A DNA stretch of 63,648 bases, the filler included, from Lama guanicoe (Eukaryota), in NCBI GenBank assembly GCA_013239625.1. It is 160 parts of 160 records of this genome, joined end to end, with 100 filler letters (N's around TTAATTAATTAA, not from the genome) between each part and the next. Parts side by side here need not be neighbours in the genome. Positions count along the whole stretch, not along the records: positions 62,951 to 63,249 come from PNXV01054371.1; positions 63,350 to 63,648 come from PNXV01054372.1; 158 more parts are not named here. One strand, given 5' to 3'. The number at the start of each line of letters is the position of its first letter. Positions within the stretch are counted from its first letter, which is position 1. The notes beneath the pieces were generated by a model, which saw only the letters and a list, made by a program, of their open reading frames with translations, was not told the origin of the DNA and made no database searches. Shown in pieces: positions 62,951-63,648 of the stretch. The position numbers and the translations under genes were made by a program.

Positions 62951-63249
62951 ACTACCGACTTTCTCTGATTTTGCCAGCTTTTTCCCACTAGTGTCCTTCG
63001 TCTGTTCCAGGATCTAGTCCAGAATACACATGACGTAAGAGTTGTGGTCAGGCATTTAGTAGGTTTGTCAGACGTTTTTTCATGATTAGACTAGGATTAT
63101 GGATTTGGGGAAGACTCTTCCAGTGGCAAAGTGTCATTGTCATTGCATCATATCAGAGCATACACGACATCCACGTGACGTATCACGGATGATGTTAACC
63201 TTGATCACTCTGCTAAGGTGGTGATGCCAAGTTTCTCCTCTGGAAAGTT
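62951..63249 (-). mobile_element. L1MC-type 3' region
   Basis: tctgttccaggatc; catgattagact; gatgttaaccttgatcact..gctaaggtgg. Confidence 0.75.
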
Positions 63250-63648
63250 NNNNNNNNNNNNNNNNNNNNNNNNNNNNNNNNNNNNNNNNNNNNTTAATTA
63301 ATTAANNNNNNNNNNNNNNNNNNNNNNNNNNNNNNNNNNNNNNNNNNNNGGAGACTGGAAAGAACCTGGTCCATGTTGCCTCCTGCTCACCTGCTCCATC
63401 TCCCTGGCACAGGGGCAGGTGCCCATCCCCGCCCCCCAGAGTCCAGCACTGGCTCAGGGTGAGTGCTGGTGCTGAGGAGACCCAACACCCAGGGTCCTGA
63501 TACCACCAAAGGGGGCCCCAGGTCTCAGACAGCCCTGTGCTCCCCAGGGCTCCCTCCTAGAGTCTTCCACCGAAAGTGCCCTGGAGCCCCACCTCCTCCC
63601 CAAACCTGCCCTCACCGCCCAGCCCCTCCTTAGCCAGATGGAAAGTCA

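Overview
This window is not contiguous genomic DNA. It is about 160 unrelated mini-contigs of ~293-299 bp joined by an artificial 100-nt linker (44 N + TTAATTAATTAA + 44 N, stops in all six frames), typical of a 'chrUn' pseudo-scaffold. Adjacency between contigs has no biological meaning, and most ORFs in the supplied track (those ending XXXX-LIN or XXXX-N) simply run into the linker. The DNA is eutherian (L1, L2, MIR, MER/MLT, Tigger), and a Vic-1-like tRNA-derived SINE points to a camelid (inferred from recalled consensus). Recognisable gene fragments are an OR4A-like olfactory receptor, a complete MATN3 EGF exon, a frameshifted intron-flanked CYFIP1-like exon, an FTL processed pseudogene, a C2H2 zinc-finger array, and an ANKRD26/CCDC144-like exon missed by the ORF track. 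Non-genic signals include two copies of a ~265-266-bp satellite, a second ~249-bp tandem unit, a heptamer repeat with 112-bp higher-order period, L1 inversion and nesting junctions, and three contig pairs sharing exactly 49 identical nt at both ends (de Bruijn bubble arms). I found no support for a novel multi-gene biological system, and this kind of sequence could not show one. Repeat subfamily and gene names rest on recalled sequences, not searches.
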